A DNA stretch of 64,000 nt from Octopus bimaculoides (lineage: Eukaryota), in NCBI RefSeq assembly GCF_001194135.2, contig NC_068991.1, positions 60,552,233-60,616,232 of the forward strand, read 5' to 3'. The number at the start of each line of letters is the position of its first letter. Positions within the stretch are counted from its first letter, which is position 1. The notes under the pieces are model-generated. The model made no database searches and was not told where the DNA came from. It saw nothing but the letters and a program-made list of their open reading frames with translations. The position numbers and the translations under genes were made by a program. This document shows positions 50,086 to 63,020 of this stretch, piece by piece.

Positions 50086-52757
50086 ATGATAATTGTTTCT
50101 GATGTAAGAATAAAGGCAAGAATTTTGGTGTGTGTAGTGGTCGTGGGGTTAGTCGATTAAATGGACTCCAGTAGTTGACTCATACTTTATTTCATCTACC
50201 CTTGAGAAAGGGAGGCAACGTTGATTGACCTCGACGGGACTTGAACGCAGAACGTTAAGAAACACGCTAAGTAGTTTTTCCGATGCTCTAACGATTTTGC
50301 TTAATCTCTTGTTTAATTTACGCACAAGGCCAACAGTTTTGAGTAGAAGAGGATTGGTCGATATCATTGACTCAGAAAGGACGAAAAGCAAAGTTGATCT
50401 AAGTGCGTAAAGAGCTAGAACAAATAACTCAAATAATAATAATGATTGTATGGGGAGATGGGTATATAGCCAACTATAATTCCATTCACATCTAAGATGC
50501 ATTATAAGATTATGAATTGGCCCTAGCACTCACTAGTATATTTTATGGACTATGGGAAGATAAAAGGCAAAATTGACTTTGATAGGATTTGAGTTCAGAA
50601 TGTACGGCACCATAACTAAATGCCAAAGTGTATGTTGCCAGATAATTTAGCAATTCTGCTAATCATTGCCCTATAATAAATCGTTTTTAACATAGGCATG
50701 AGGCTAGAAATTTAGAGGGGGGGGGGAAATAAAAATGAAGTACCAGTTGAATACTGGGGCTGAAATTATTGACCCAGTAGTTGACTGGTACTTTAACTTT
50801 GAACCCTAGCTGAATAAAAGTCAAAATTGACCTCTGTGAGAGGTGAATGGAGTGTAGATGCACCTGTCACTACACACCTGTTCTTTGATCTATCCATTCT
50901 TCCATTCTTTGTCCCCGTTAACAATAATAATATAATTTAATCTTTAATTAGGATTTCTAACATCAGCACAAGGCTACAGATTTTTAAGGAGTGAGATATC
51001 CTTAATTAATTGGTACTTATTTTATCAACTTCAGGAGGATGAAATGCTTAAGTGACCTTGGCAAGATTTGTAACTCAGAACATCAGGGGATGTAACTTGA
51101 TATGAAAGGTTTTATCATTATTATTTTTTTTACTGTTCCTAAGAAATCTGTCTTTCCTTGCCCCTTTTAGTAATAATGATGATAATGAATTTCAAATATC
51201 AGTATTCACCTTCCTGTAACTTCAGGGTAAACCTTGCTACCTCTTTCCTGTTATCTTTTCTCCTTTTCCAGCTGGGGTAACATGTATCTCCTCTACTACA
51301 AGACACCTGTTTCTGACCCTCTATTATATTTTAACCTTTCATTACCTGATATAAAGCCACTCCCTCAATTCTACAGCCCACCTGAGTTGAGGTGTCTTGT
51401 TTTGTGAGTTACTTGGTGGTCTCACTGGTGCTATTTCCATGTAAAAAGCTCCCAGTACACTGTGTGAAGTGGTTGGCATTAGGAAGGGCATCCATCCATA
51501 AAATTCATGCAAAAGTAGACATTGGTGTTTGGCACAGTCCTCTGGCTCTTCAGCTTCTGTTCAACCATCCTACCCATGCCAATATAGGCAAAGGATGTTA
51601 GATGATGATGTTGATGCACAAGGATGCATATTTCATGGGATGTAGTCAATTAAAGCAAGCCAAATATTTGACTAGACATAATTTATTGACCCCAGAATGA
51701 TGGGTAAAGTATTCTCCAGTGAATTTTGTACTCGGAGTATAAGACATGTAACTAAATATAGCAAGCTATTTTCTTTACCATTTCTGCCAGGCAATGCCCT
51801 GAATAAGAAACTAATTTGAAAAATATCCAAACAGCTTAGCTTGTTTTGCAACCACATGGTTTTGGGTTCAGTCCCATTGTGTGGCACCTCGTGCAAGAGT
51901 CTTTTGCTATAACTTTGGGATGACCAATGCCTTGTGAGTGAATGTGGAAGGTAGAAACTGAAAGAAGCCTGTTGTATATATATGTATGTGTGTTTGTTTG
52001 TCTCTCCTCATCACTTGATAACCAGTGTTACTGTGTTTACACCCTTGTAAATTGTTGTTGTTATTTGTTCTTTCTCGAGCCATGCCCGTCTCATAGGGGC
52101 TGATTTCCCAGTTTCATTGGCATATAAGATCCCCACCTGGATGGGACGCCAGTCCGTTGCAGATGAGCTGCTAGATGCAGGAGGAAAGAGTGAGAAAAAG
52201 TTGTGGTGAAAGAGTCAGCAGAAGTTTGCCATTACTTTCTGCCAGAGCTGCATGGAGCTTAGGTGTTTTGCTCATAAATACACACATCACCCGGTCTGAG
52301 ATTCGAACTCGCAATCCCTCAATCACGAGTCCACTACTCTAACCACTAGGCCATGTGCCTCCACTCCCCTGTAAATTAGTGATTCGATAAAAGAGACCAA
52401 TAGAATAAGTACTAATCTTACAAATAAGTACTAGGGTCGATTACGTTCATCGTAATTTGAATTTAATATATATGTGTGTGTGTGTGACAGACTTTGACAC
52501 AGTTTCTGTCTACTAAATTCACTTACAAGAAATTGGTTGGTTCAGGACTATAATAGAAGACACTTACCCAGGTGCTGTGCAGTGGGACTGAACCTGAAAC
52601 CACATGGTTGCAAAGTGATCTTCTTAACCATACAGCTATGCCTGCACTTATAAGGCATCTCAGCTAGAGAAAAGAGATAGAGATTAAAAGTTGTCACTTA
52701 ATATCCCCAAAATATGTTATATGACTTTATATATTTTTGTCTCTTTTTCTGTTCTAG

Positions 52758-52834
52758 TTGTCCTAGCATAACACTTCCACCAAAAGGTGACCGTTTTAAA
52801 GTAGCCCTTCCATATGCTGGTTGTTTTGTAACAT
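52758..52834 (+). CDS. BABAM2: BABAM2 coding exon 2
   Basis: CPSITLPPKGDRFKVALPYAGCFVT; phase 2-1. Confidence 0.93.
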
Positions 52835-53650
52835 GTAAGTAATATTTGATTTATATGAGTTCATATTACCTGATTGATTTTAAGTTTTTAAATTTTTTTT
52901 TCTCCTTATTTGTCTCCACGTGAGAGATTTTAATGGTTGCAGTTGGTACAATGAGAATTTTGAAACCAAATAGTAATGTTTAAGTAAAGTTTTGTATTTG
53001 TGTTTCTGAATGGTTGATATGTTTTCCATGCAGTAATTGTGTTAGTTTCAATGCATGGTCTCATATCAAATTACTTGCAAGAGAAGTACATCTCCAAAAT
53101 TTTAATGTCTTTGTTTTAAATAAATTTCACAGCAAGTTTTTTTCTTTCTTTTTTTTTTTTTCTGTGAAAATTAATTCTTCCAATTCTCCATCTAATTATT
53201 CTGCACCCCATTTTCAGAATATAATTCTTCTGGAACTCCTTTCTTATCCACTTTTTTCTGCTTTTTTAACCTATAGAAGTTCAAGCTGAACATCAACCAT
53301 ATGAATCTAATCAGTTAACGAGCCTTGAATGGCTGGCAAAAGAAAAGTGCCTGAATAATTTCTTTCCCTTATTTACTTCATTTGCATTCTTTCATTCTTT
53401 TAATGTTCCTTTTCCATACTAGCAGGAGTTAGGGTTATTTTAAGTGGTAGGATGTCTTCAACTTGAATTGACTTGAGACTAGAATTTCTTGAAGAACTTG
53501 ATTGTGGGGACTGGTGCTTCAAGCAAGCTTGGTAGTGCAATTTACATTCCATTCAAAACATGGTCCTGTGTTGGAAATGCATCTCTGTTGGACCCTCTAT
53601 CATTTTCCAAACATTGTCTTTAATTATAAAATGATATTGTACAATTGTAG

Positions 53651-53748
53651 GGGAGGTGCTGTTTGATTGCAACCATCCAGATGATCCTCCAGACTTCATC
53701 TTTGATGCTGACCAGAAAGGATTTGCTCCAGAATTAGAAACTATTGAG
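53651..53748 (+). CDS. BABAM2: BABAM2 coding exon 3
   Basis: WEVLFDCNHPDDPPDFIFDADQKGFAPELETIE; phase 1-0. Confidence 0.95.
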
Positions 53749-54844
53749 GTAAGAATCCAATCCATTATTTCACCTTTCTCTTTTGTCTCTCATATTGACC
53801 AGTAACGCATTGAAGCTTTTAGGGTCCACCAAACAAGATGAAAGACAGTGCCTGTAGTTCTTTTATGCAAGATGAAAGGCAGTGCCTGTTGTCCTTCTGT
53901 GCCAACGTAAGGCAGTACCTGTAGTCCTTTTATGCTAAACAAAAGGAAGCACCATCAAGATTGATAAGTTTGGTGTGACTGTATGGTTTGTCCAGTTAGT
54001 AATTTGGAAAATATAAATAAGCCAAGAATTCTTGAAAGGTAAGGATACATCAGAATATTTCCCAACTGGTTTCTCTCAACTTGCAGGAAGATTTAAACTC
54101 AACACTGCAAGCTAATAGAACTCATGTCAGTTATGCCATATCCTTACTCTCATTCTACCTTAAGCAGCAGGTACCTTGATTTTGTTTTTCTTTTATTCTT
54201 TTACTTGTTTCAGTCATTTGACTGCAGCCATGCTGGAGCACTGCCTTTAGTCGAGCAAATCAACCCCAGGACTTATCCTTTGTAAGCCTAGTACTTATTC
54301 TATCAGTCCCTTTTGCTGAACTGCTAAGTTACGGGGGACATAAACACACCAGCATTGGTTGTCAAGCAATGGTGGGGGGACAAACACAGACACACATACA
54401 TATGTGTATATACATATATCCGACAGGCTTCTTTCAGTTTCTGTCTACCAGATCCACTCACAAAGCTTTGGTCGCCCCAAGGCTATAGTAGAAGACACTT
54501 GCCCAAGGTGCCACGCAGTGGGACCGAACCCAGAACCATGTGGTTGGTAAGCAAGCTACCTACTACACAGCCACTCCTGCTGTTTTATTTACAACTTCAA
54601 CATTATCATCATTTAACATCCACTTTTTCATGCTTGCACAGGTCAGGCAGAATTTGTTTAGGCAGATTTTCTACACTGATGTGGCTTGGATTGTAGATGT
54701 GTGTAGAAACATCAACACTGCTTTAGATAGGAGATCAGTACTATGACATAAGTTTTACATGACCTTTGTAGAAGGGAGGCTTGAAACACTTCTTTGGTTC
54801 TTTTACCTGTTTCTATGTCAGCTACAAGTATGTAAGAGTAATAC

Positions 54845-54882
<38 letters not shown>

Positions 54883-56018
54883 TGATTGCCTCATCTTGTT
54901 CGATGATAGTGAGACATCCGTATGTCATTGGAGTTAAGTGACAAAAAAAAGAAAAACGTAAAACACTTTTACCATTATTTTTTTGTCACTTTTGCTCTTG
55001 GTCACCATAGTAGGTTCCAGTAACAAGTATTGCAAGATGACTGGCACTACTTTGACTGAAAGTTTTATGCCAGAGTATCATTCTCCTAGAAGAGCTGCCT
55101 TCCCCACGGCTTTATCAAAATATAACAAGGGCCTCCTCTACTTCCAGGAAATCTTTTTGATTCATGGATAGGACCCTGATGAGTACAACTGTTCTGGGTC
55201 AGAATGGACCTTGGAGTAATGGTAATCAAGAGGTCACTTCATGCTCCCAACAACTCCTGAACTGGAGTCTCCTCAGCAGATGCAGTTTAATGTCATACCC
55301 AAGACATATATATATATATATATAGTTGGCGTTAGGAAGGGCATCCAGCTGTAGAAACTTGGCCAAATCAGATTGAAGCCTGGTGCAACCTTCTGGCTCA
55401 CCAGCCCTCAGTCAAACCGTCCAACCCATGCCAGCATAGAAAGAAGCAAACGTTAAACGACGGTGACGATGATGATATATACATACATATATATGTAACA
55501 TGAACAAGAATGGAGAAAATTGCATCTTTAATTGATGATTAAACCATACATTCTGACAATCGTTTCTATTGTGCCAGCATATTTAGATATAAAGAAAAGG
55601 TACAAAATCCTTGTCAAATCAATATATCCAAAACTTTATGCTCAACAATGAGTGTTTTCTCAATATCTGCCTGGATTTATTAATCTCTTCTACCTCTTGT
55701 TTTATATAAATATATANNNNNNNNNNNNNNNNNNNNNNNNNNNNNNNNNNNNNNNNNNNNNNNNNNNNNNNNNNNNNNNNNNNNNNNNNNNNNNNNNNNN
55801 NNNNNNNNNNNNNNNNNNNNNNNNNNNNNNNNNNNNNNNNNNNNNNNNNNNNNNNNNNNNNNNNNNNNNNNNNNNNNNNNNNNNNNNNNNNNNNNNNNNN
55901 NNNNNNNNNNNNNNNNNNNNNNNNNNNNNNNNNNNNNNNNNNNNNNNNNNNNNNNNNNNNNNNNNNNNNNNNNNNNNNNNNNNNNNNNNNNNNNNNNNNN
56001 NNNNNNNNNNNNNNNNNN

Positions 56019-56194
56019 AAAATGCAGAAAATTACAGTAGAATAGACATATTATAATTGTGGCAACATTTCAAATCCAAGTGGATTTATGTATTCTTCCT
56101 CCCACTTGGATTTTTATGTATTCTTTTTCCCACTTGGATTTGAAATGTTGCCACAATTATAATATGTCTATTCTACTGTAATTTTCTGCATTTT
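56019..56194. repeat. Perfect 65-bp inverted repeat abutting an assembly gap
   Basis: 56019-56083 is the exact reverse complement of 56130-56194. Confidence 0.9.
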
Positions 56195-56196
56195 CG

Positions 56197-56284
56197 TGCA
56201 GCTGAAGATTGCTCTTCATATTGCATTTAATGTAATGCTCGCATTACTTAAATAAATGGAGTAGCATGAAACGTGCGTACTGCA
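56197..56284 (+). ncRNA. Type I hammerhead ribozyme motif (Penelope-type)
   Basis: Stem I TGCAG/CTGCA; core CTGAAGA; stem II TGCT-CTTCAT/ATGGAG-t-AGCA; GAAA; stem III ACG-tg-CGT; GUA triplet with cleavage after 56279. Confidence 0.7.
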
Positions 56285-56407
56285 ATTATCTTTGAAATCC
56301 GTGTTGCTTATTTTGATTTTATATACATATATATATATATATTTCTAAACATTTTCTATCGGTTATTATTTTGTAATAATTCAGCTCTTGTATTTTTGCC
56401 ATTTCAG

Positions 56408-56599
56408 TCTCTCATTAACTGGGATCATTACAAAGCTTCATCACTTTTGATAGTTCTCCAAGAATTACTTGGCAAATACCGCCTTTATCAACAGCAGCTA
56501 GTTGAATCTAATTATCGGTTGAAGTTTGAGTATGAATCCTTACTGGAACACACAGATGTGAAACCTGAAGAGGTGGAGATGCATATCTCAAGGACAGAA
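56408..56599 (+). CDS. BABAM2: BABAM2 coding exon 4
   Basis: SLINWDHYKASSLLIVLQELLGKY...RLKFEYESLLE...; phase 0-0. Confidence 0.95.
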
Positions 56600-57388
56600 G
56601 TAAGCTACTCTTTGCTTCCTTTTCTTTCTTTCCTAATTTAGCTTATTAAGACTGTCAAAGAATTTCAGACTGACTAAATTGAAGTAAGGCAGCAAGTTGG
56701 CAGAGTTGTTAGCACATTAGATAAAATGCTTAGTGGTATTTCTTCCAGCTGTTTACGTTTTGAGTTCAAATCCTGCTCAGGTCAACATTTGCCTTTCTTC
56801 TATTTGGGGGTCAATAAAATTAAGTACCAATCAAGTACTGGGAGTCAATGTAGTCACTCTGTCTCCTCCCTTCAAATAGCTGGCCTTGAACCCTGCATTT
56901 GACTTATGTCTTGTCCCTATGGAAACCAGGTAACCAACCTTATGAGTACTAGGGCTCAAGAAAAAGAAGAAAAAAAACAGTGAAGTGGTGGTCTGTTGTC
57001 TTTCACAGGTGAATTAGATATTTTGGAATACCAAACTCCATACCCATCTTATTCTTTTTCTTTTGAAGCCACTTTCATTTGTGGCATCAATCATCATCAT
57101 CATCATCATTATTATTGCCATCATCATAATCATCGTCGTCGTCATTTAGCATCCTTGTTTTATGCTGGTAGGCTTTCATAAGTACATTTTTCATTGATAA
57201 TAGATTCCATGTCCAATTATCCAGAGTTCAGTTGAAATCACACAAAAATTTAAGTAGCATCAGAAAGTTAAAGGGATTTATATGTAAAAATTTTCTATGT
57301 CATAATGGTTTGAATCTTGGAAATTCAAGCTGGAAATTGCTGAAAATGTTTTGGTTTATATATTTTGTTTTGTTCCTTCTTTCTTCAG

Positions 57389-57466
57389 AACCAAGCTGTT
57401 GGACCTGTACACTTTTTAATAAAAATGTCTGTTGATTTTTCTCGGATACCATCATATCTAACAAAG
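57389..57466 (+). CDS. BABAM2: BABAM2 coding exon 5
   Basis: NQAVGPVHFLIKMSVDFSRIPSYLTK (human RFLLKLPVDFSNIPTYLLK); phase 0-0. Confidence 0.93.
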
Positions 57467-58313
57467 GTCAGATTCTTTTCCTCTTTTTTAACTAGTATTT
57501 TGGAAAATTATTTCATTCATGGATACTAAATACCAATGTATGCACATGACCTAGTGGTTAGGGTATTGCACTCATGATCTGATCATGGTTTTGATTCCCA
57601 AACCAGCAGTACTTGAGCACAACACTTCATTTCACATTACTCCAGTAACATGTCCTTGAGCAAGACACTTTATTTCATATTGCTCCAGTCGATTCAGCTG
57701 GCAAAAATGAGTAGTACCTGTAATTCAAAGAGTCAGCCTTGACACATCCTGTGTTAGGCTGAATCTCCCTGAGAACTACTTTATAGGTATGCATGTCTGT
57801 GGAGTGCTCAGCCACTTGCATGTTAATTTCATGGGCAGGCTGTTCTGTTGATCAAATCATCATAACCAAACAGAATGCCAGTTTGATTTTGAATACACCA
57901 TACTAAACAGTTGTGATTTGATTTGTGCCAGCAGATCACTTTTGGTCCTTCCTTAAATCCTGTGATTATCATTTACTTACATTCTAACTCTGCTATGTAT
58001 AGAAGGTGAAATGGCCAAATGGATAAGATGTTAGACTTCCTGCTCATAAGTCACAAGTTCAAATCATCTGCTAGCATTTTGTAGTGTTTCTTGGTAAAAT
58101 TTTCTTTCTGTAGATTATTTCACTTCACCTAGCTGTCAGTAATAAGCTCTAGATTAAAAATTTGAGAATTTTATCTTTAATAGCTCAACATCCTATCTAT
58201 GGGAAGATTTATGTCTTAATACTGAAAATACAAGACTGAACTCTACTCTTAAACTATGTCAGCGAGGCTTATAATTACATCTCTCACTAATTCTCTTAAT
58301 CCTTGTTTGTTAG

Positions 58314-58414
58314 GATGATCCTGGTGAAGACAATGCTGTCCTACTACTGATGTTCCCTTACCCAGGAGCCCCCACAGTTAATCCACAGCTTCATCTGTCA
58401 CCACGTGTTGAAAA
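58314..58414 (+). CDS. BABAM2: BABAM2 coding exon 6
   Basis: DDPGEDNAVLLLMFPYPGAPTVNPQLHLSPRVE; phase 0-2. Confidence 0.95.
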
Positions 58415-59611
58415 GTAAGGAAAAATGCCTACTTCTATTCCATTACATTTTCTGCTAAGAGATTTTTTTAAAGATCCATTCTTCTAGCTTTGATTGGATA
58501 CCATTGCCAACTCTTAAATATTTGCATAATTAGCTGTATCATAATTTGGAGCAGTTCTGTTTCAACATTACTTCCTTTCTAGAAAGGCCGGGAATTTTGT
58601 TTTACTTTCACATTTCATTTTTATAAGGTTTCTGTAGCTGGCTGCCCATCCTACTGCCAGCCATTTTGCAAAGTGCACTGGCTGCATATTACATAGCACC
58701 AGAAGGGTTGTCATATCTATGGCAAGATTAAAAGTCCTCTCTACCCTGTAAAGTATCTTTACATATATAAGACCTGGGCTGAGGTGGTGAGGCAAGACCT
58801 TCGAAAATTGGGCCTCTCCGAGGTGATGACTACTGACTGAGACCTTTGGAAATGTGCTGTGCGTGAGAAGACCCGGCAAGCCAAGTGAGATCGTTGCCAG
58901 TGCCCCTGGACTGGCTCTTGTGCGGGTGGCACATAAAAGACACCATTTTGAGCGTGGCCGTTGCCAGTACCGCCTGACTGGCCCTCGTGCAGGTGACACG
59001 TAAAAGCAGCCACTACACTCTCGGAGTGGTTGGCGTTAGGAAGGGCATCCAGCTGTAGAAACTCTGCCAAATTAGATTGGAGCCTGGTGATGCCATCCGG
59101 TTTCACCAGTCCTCAGTCAAATCGTCCAACCCATGCCAGCATGGAAAGCGGACGTTAAACGATGATGATGATGATATATATATATATATATATATATATA
59201 AAGAGAGAGAGAGAGAGATGTATTTGGAAAGGATAGAAAAATATTGTAACATTGCCTCCAAAATTTGAACACTGCATCTGCTGTATGCATGTGTGTGTGT
59301 TTTTGGTAGTAATAATGCTACCTTTGTTAATAATGAATTGTTGTCCAGCTTGCCAGATATTTGCAACACCAGTGACTGATTAATCACTGTTTTTCTATGT
59401 ATCAGTACAAGGGAAATTTGTCTAAGCATGCAATGATAGTACATGCTTGCTATTGATGATGCACAAATATGCAGAAATCTCATGATCTAGCAGTTCCCTT
59501 GCTGCTCTTGCAAATTTTGTGTCTGTACTTTTTAGCTGTATATGTATACATGATGCTTTTGCAAGCCAAACACCACAGTATTTTTTTGTTTTTTAGTATA
59601 TTCATGTTAAG

Positions 59612-59653
<42 letters not shown>

Positions 59654-60074
59654 TTTTTGTATATATAAATTTGTGTATTTGAGCTTGAAGAATTGCTTGG
59701 AGGCATGAGGCACAATATAAATCTGTCGATTGTGTTTCCACAGCATGAAACTAATTATAGTTCATTTTAAGTACTGTGTATATTAAATGATATATATATG
59801 TATAAATGTGATATATGTATGCATGTATCTTCCTTAATAAGGGACATAGTTAATTTTCTTCTTTAAACCATGATCCAAAGGGTGACTGAACCAGCTTTAC
59901 AATATCACCAGTTCTTATTTATTTTACTTTAACAAACACGAAAGGCAAAAGTGCCTCTGGCGTGCCTCACTATTTAGAAATCAGAAGAATAGTTCCTGTA
60001 GAATAAATGGTAAATTAAAAGAAATCCTTATTATTCCTTTATTTACTATTTTGATTTCATCTTTCATTCACCAG

Positions 60075-60174
60075 CGCTTTGGGAGGTTCAGCTAACCTGA
60101 GAATCCCACCATTTCCAAATGGAGGTGTTCTCATTGACTATGTACCAAAGGTAAACCAGTTGTTAAAAAATAAG
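60075..60174 (+). CDS. BABAM2: BABAM2 coding exon 7
   Basis: [33 protein letters not shown]; phase 2-0. Confidence 0.95.
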
Positions 60175-61028
60175 GTAAATATTAATATATTTGTAAACTT
60201 ATATTCTCTTTGCAAGCATAATCTATATTTTAACTTAAGTTTGCATTAAACAACACAAAAGTCAGGCTAGTGTTAGCCTATAAATATGTTGGTATAAACA
60301 CATAAGAAAATATAATGTTAATATTAACCCACAAATAAACCTAATATTGATATTATCCTACAGATAGACCTAATACTAATATTAGCTTATACATAAACTT
60401 AGTGCTAGTAGTAGTCCATAGATAAATATAAGTCTGTATTATCCCATAGGTAAATTAATGTTAAGTATAATGATTGTATTATTTTTAGATACATTTAATA
60501 GTGCTGTTAACTCAAGGAAAATCTAATGCCTTGTATTAGCTCACACATAATTTTATTGTTGGTATTATCCTAAAATAAAACCTTACATTTGTATAGACAG
60601 GAAGAAGAAAGCAAATTCTCCTTACTGTATTTGGTGGCCTGTTAGGTGCACCCCAATTTCAGCTGTATATATTTCGGAAAAGTTAGTTTCAGGGACAAAA
60701 TTAATTTATGAGAGGTTTAACTTTACATATATGACCCAGGGTGACTTTTAGAGGCATTTTGGTGGGGGAAAAAATGTCTTATATGCCATCAAATTTAACA
60801 GCCATTTTGATACCAACATGCCCAACATGGCTCCTGGTTCTACAATATAAACATGTTTTAATGATCCAACTCAAAACCCTCCATCTAAATTTCATGTCAA
60901 TTTATCTCCCAGCTTAATAATGACAGAATGATATTACTAAATTCTTCATAATTTTCAAAATTAATTGAAACAAAAGTTGAGTATTTCACATCCTAAAAAT
61001 AGTAATGAGATGTTTGGTAATGTTTCAG

Positions 61029-61099
61029 GTGGAACAAGTTGTACAAAGTTATGAGAAAAGGAAAGAATATATAGCTTCTTTCTTAAGTCATTTTGCAAG
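61029..61099 (+). CDS. BABAM2: BABAM2 coding exon 8
   Basis: VEQVVQSYEKRKEYIASFLSHFA; phase 0-2. Confidence 0.95.
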
Positions 61100-62937
61100 G
61101 TACGTTGGCTTTTCTTACCGTTCTTCATTATTATGTAACAAACAAAAGCAGTGAATTGGCAGAATCATTACTGCACCTGACAAAATCTTTAGTAGAATTT
61201 CTTCCAACTTTACATTCTGAGTTCAAATTCTGCTGAGGTTGACTTTGCTTTTCATCCTTTCAGGGTCGATAAAATAAGTACCAGTCGAACACTTGGGTTG
61301 ATTTAATTGACTTAGCCGTTTCCCCACAAACCTGCTGACCTTGTGTCAAAAGTTGAAACCGTTATTAATGTAACAAAAGGGATGAGCTGGCAGAATCATT
61401 AGCACACCAAACAAAAAGCTTAGTGGCATTTCATCCATCATTACAGTCTGAGTTCAAATTCTACCAAGCTTAATTTTGCCTTTCATCCTTTCGGGGTCAA
61501 TGAAATAAGTACCAGTTGAACACTGGGGTCGATATAATCAACTTTCCCTCTCTTCAAAATTTCTGGCTTTGTGCCAAAACAAGAAAGGATTATTATATTA
61601 CATATGAGACAAGTATTTTTACTAGTCAGTTAGTCTTTTAAAATTGAGTATTTGGTGGTGTGGATACAATCTATATTATTATATTGTTTTGTTGTTTAGT
61701 CCCAGATCATTCCTGATTTAGCAGAATTATGATCTAAGGCAAGCATGGGTAACTATTTTCAAGAAATTGATCACATAAGGCATAGCTCATCATCAAGCAG
61801 GCTGCACTACTAAAAATAATTTGAGCTAATTTTTCATTAGGCTTGCCATTCAGAAATTCTCACAAGTCACAGTTTGCCCATGACTAACCTAAGGCATTCC
61901 AGAGGTCACATTCCCATCTTTTATTCTGACTTAGTGTAACTAGGTCTATACTAATCAATGCATCCTTCTCTTTTTAAAAATGTAGAGTGGATTCAGGGGA
62001 AATTTGGTTGCTGTTTCTAGCAACATGAGTGACCTGTTGCTGGTTCATTTATACTCCTATAGTAGTTATCACTCTTATTGTCTATAGGTTAAGAAGATGG
62101 TGTGCTAGTAGAATCATTAGCATGTCAGACGAAACTGTTTAGCAGCCATTTCATCTGTCTTTACATTCTGAGTTCAAATTCCACTGAGGTCGACTATGTC
62201 TTTCATCCTTTCAGGGTCAATGAAATAAGTACCAGTTGAGCACTGGGTGGGGGTGGGGCGTGGCTGTCAATGTAATCGACTTTACTCTCCACTCCAAATT
62301 TTAGGCCTTGTGCCTATAGTAGAGAGGGATTATTATTATCATTATCATTAAGCAAAAGGTGAAAGTGAAATTCTGCTGAGGAAGGTAAAATCATTATTAA
62401 GGTGGTGAGCTGGCAGAAACGTTAGCATGCCGGGCGAAATACTTAGTGGTATTTCGTCTGCCGTTACATTCTGAGTTCAAATTCCGCTGAGGTTGACTTT
62501 GCCTTTCATCCTTTCAGGGTTGATAAATTAAGTATCAGTTACGTACTGGGGTCAATGTAATCGACTGAATCCGTTTGTCTGTCCTTGTTTGTCCCCTCTA
62601 TGTTTAGCCCCTTGTGGGCAATAAAGAAATAAGAAACGTTAGCATACCGGGCGAAATGCTTTGTAACATTGCTTCTGGCTCTTTCTGTTCTGAGTTCTAA
62701 TTCTGCTGAAGTTGACTTTGCCATTCATCTTTTTAAGGTCAATAAATTAATAAAGATTTCCTTGTAACTATTAGATAGGGTTCATTGGGTCTTGTATCAA
62801 AAAAGAGAGCCTTGTCCCAGCCAGTTCTTTAGAGCAGAACTTTCCAGGCACAGATCTATAGTTTTATGGAACATAATGGAGGCCCCACTTCTTCAAGTTG
62901 CAAAAATAAATTATCTTCACTTTTTTATGTTTCACAG

Positions 62938-63020
62938 GTCTTTAATAGAATATGATGCTGAAGGGTTCTCCCGAATTTCATTTCTTTTTGAATGGAATGA
63001 TTTCTTTTTCATTTTTGAAG
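62938..63020 (+). CDS. BABAM2: BABAM2 coding exon 9; gene continues past right edge
   Basis: SLIEYDAEGFSRISFLFEWNDFFFIFE; phase 2-1. Confidence 0.95.

Noticed and set aside
10513-56056. ORF-track entries spanning N gaps or (TA)n/(CA)n/(GAT)n runs, and short ORFs inside SINE/RTE tails
   Set aside because: Artefacts of gaps, microsatellites and repeats; the same peptides recur wherever the repeat recurs.
57009-57060. AG|GTGAATTAG candidate for BABAM2 exon 5
   Set aside because: Wrong phase and no homology; the true exon was found at 57389-57466.
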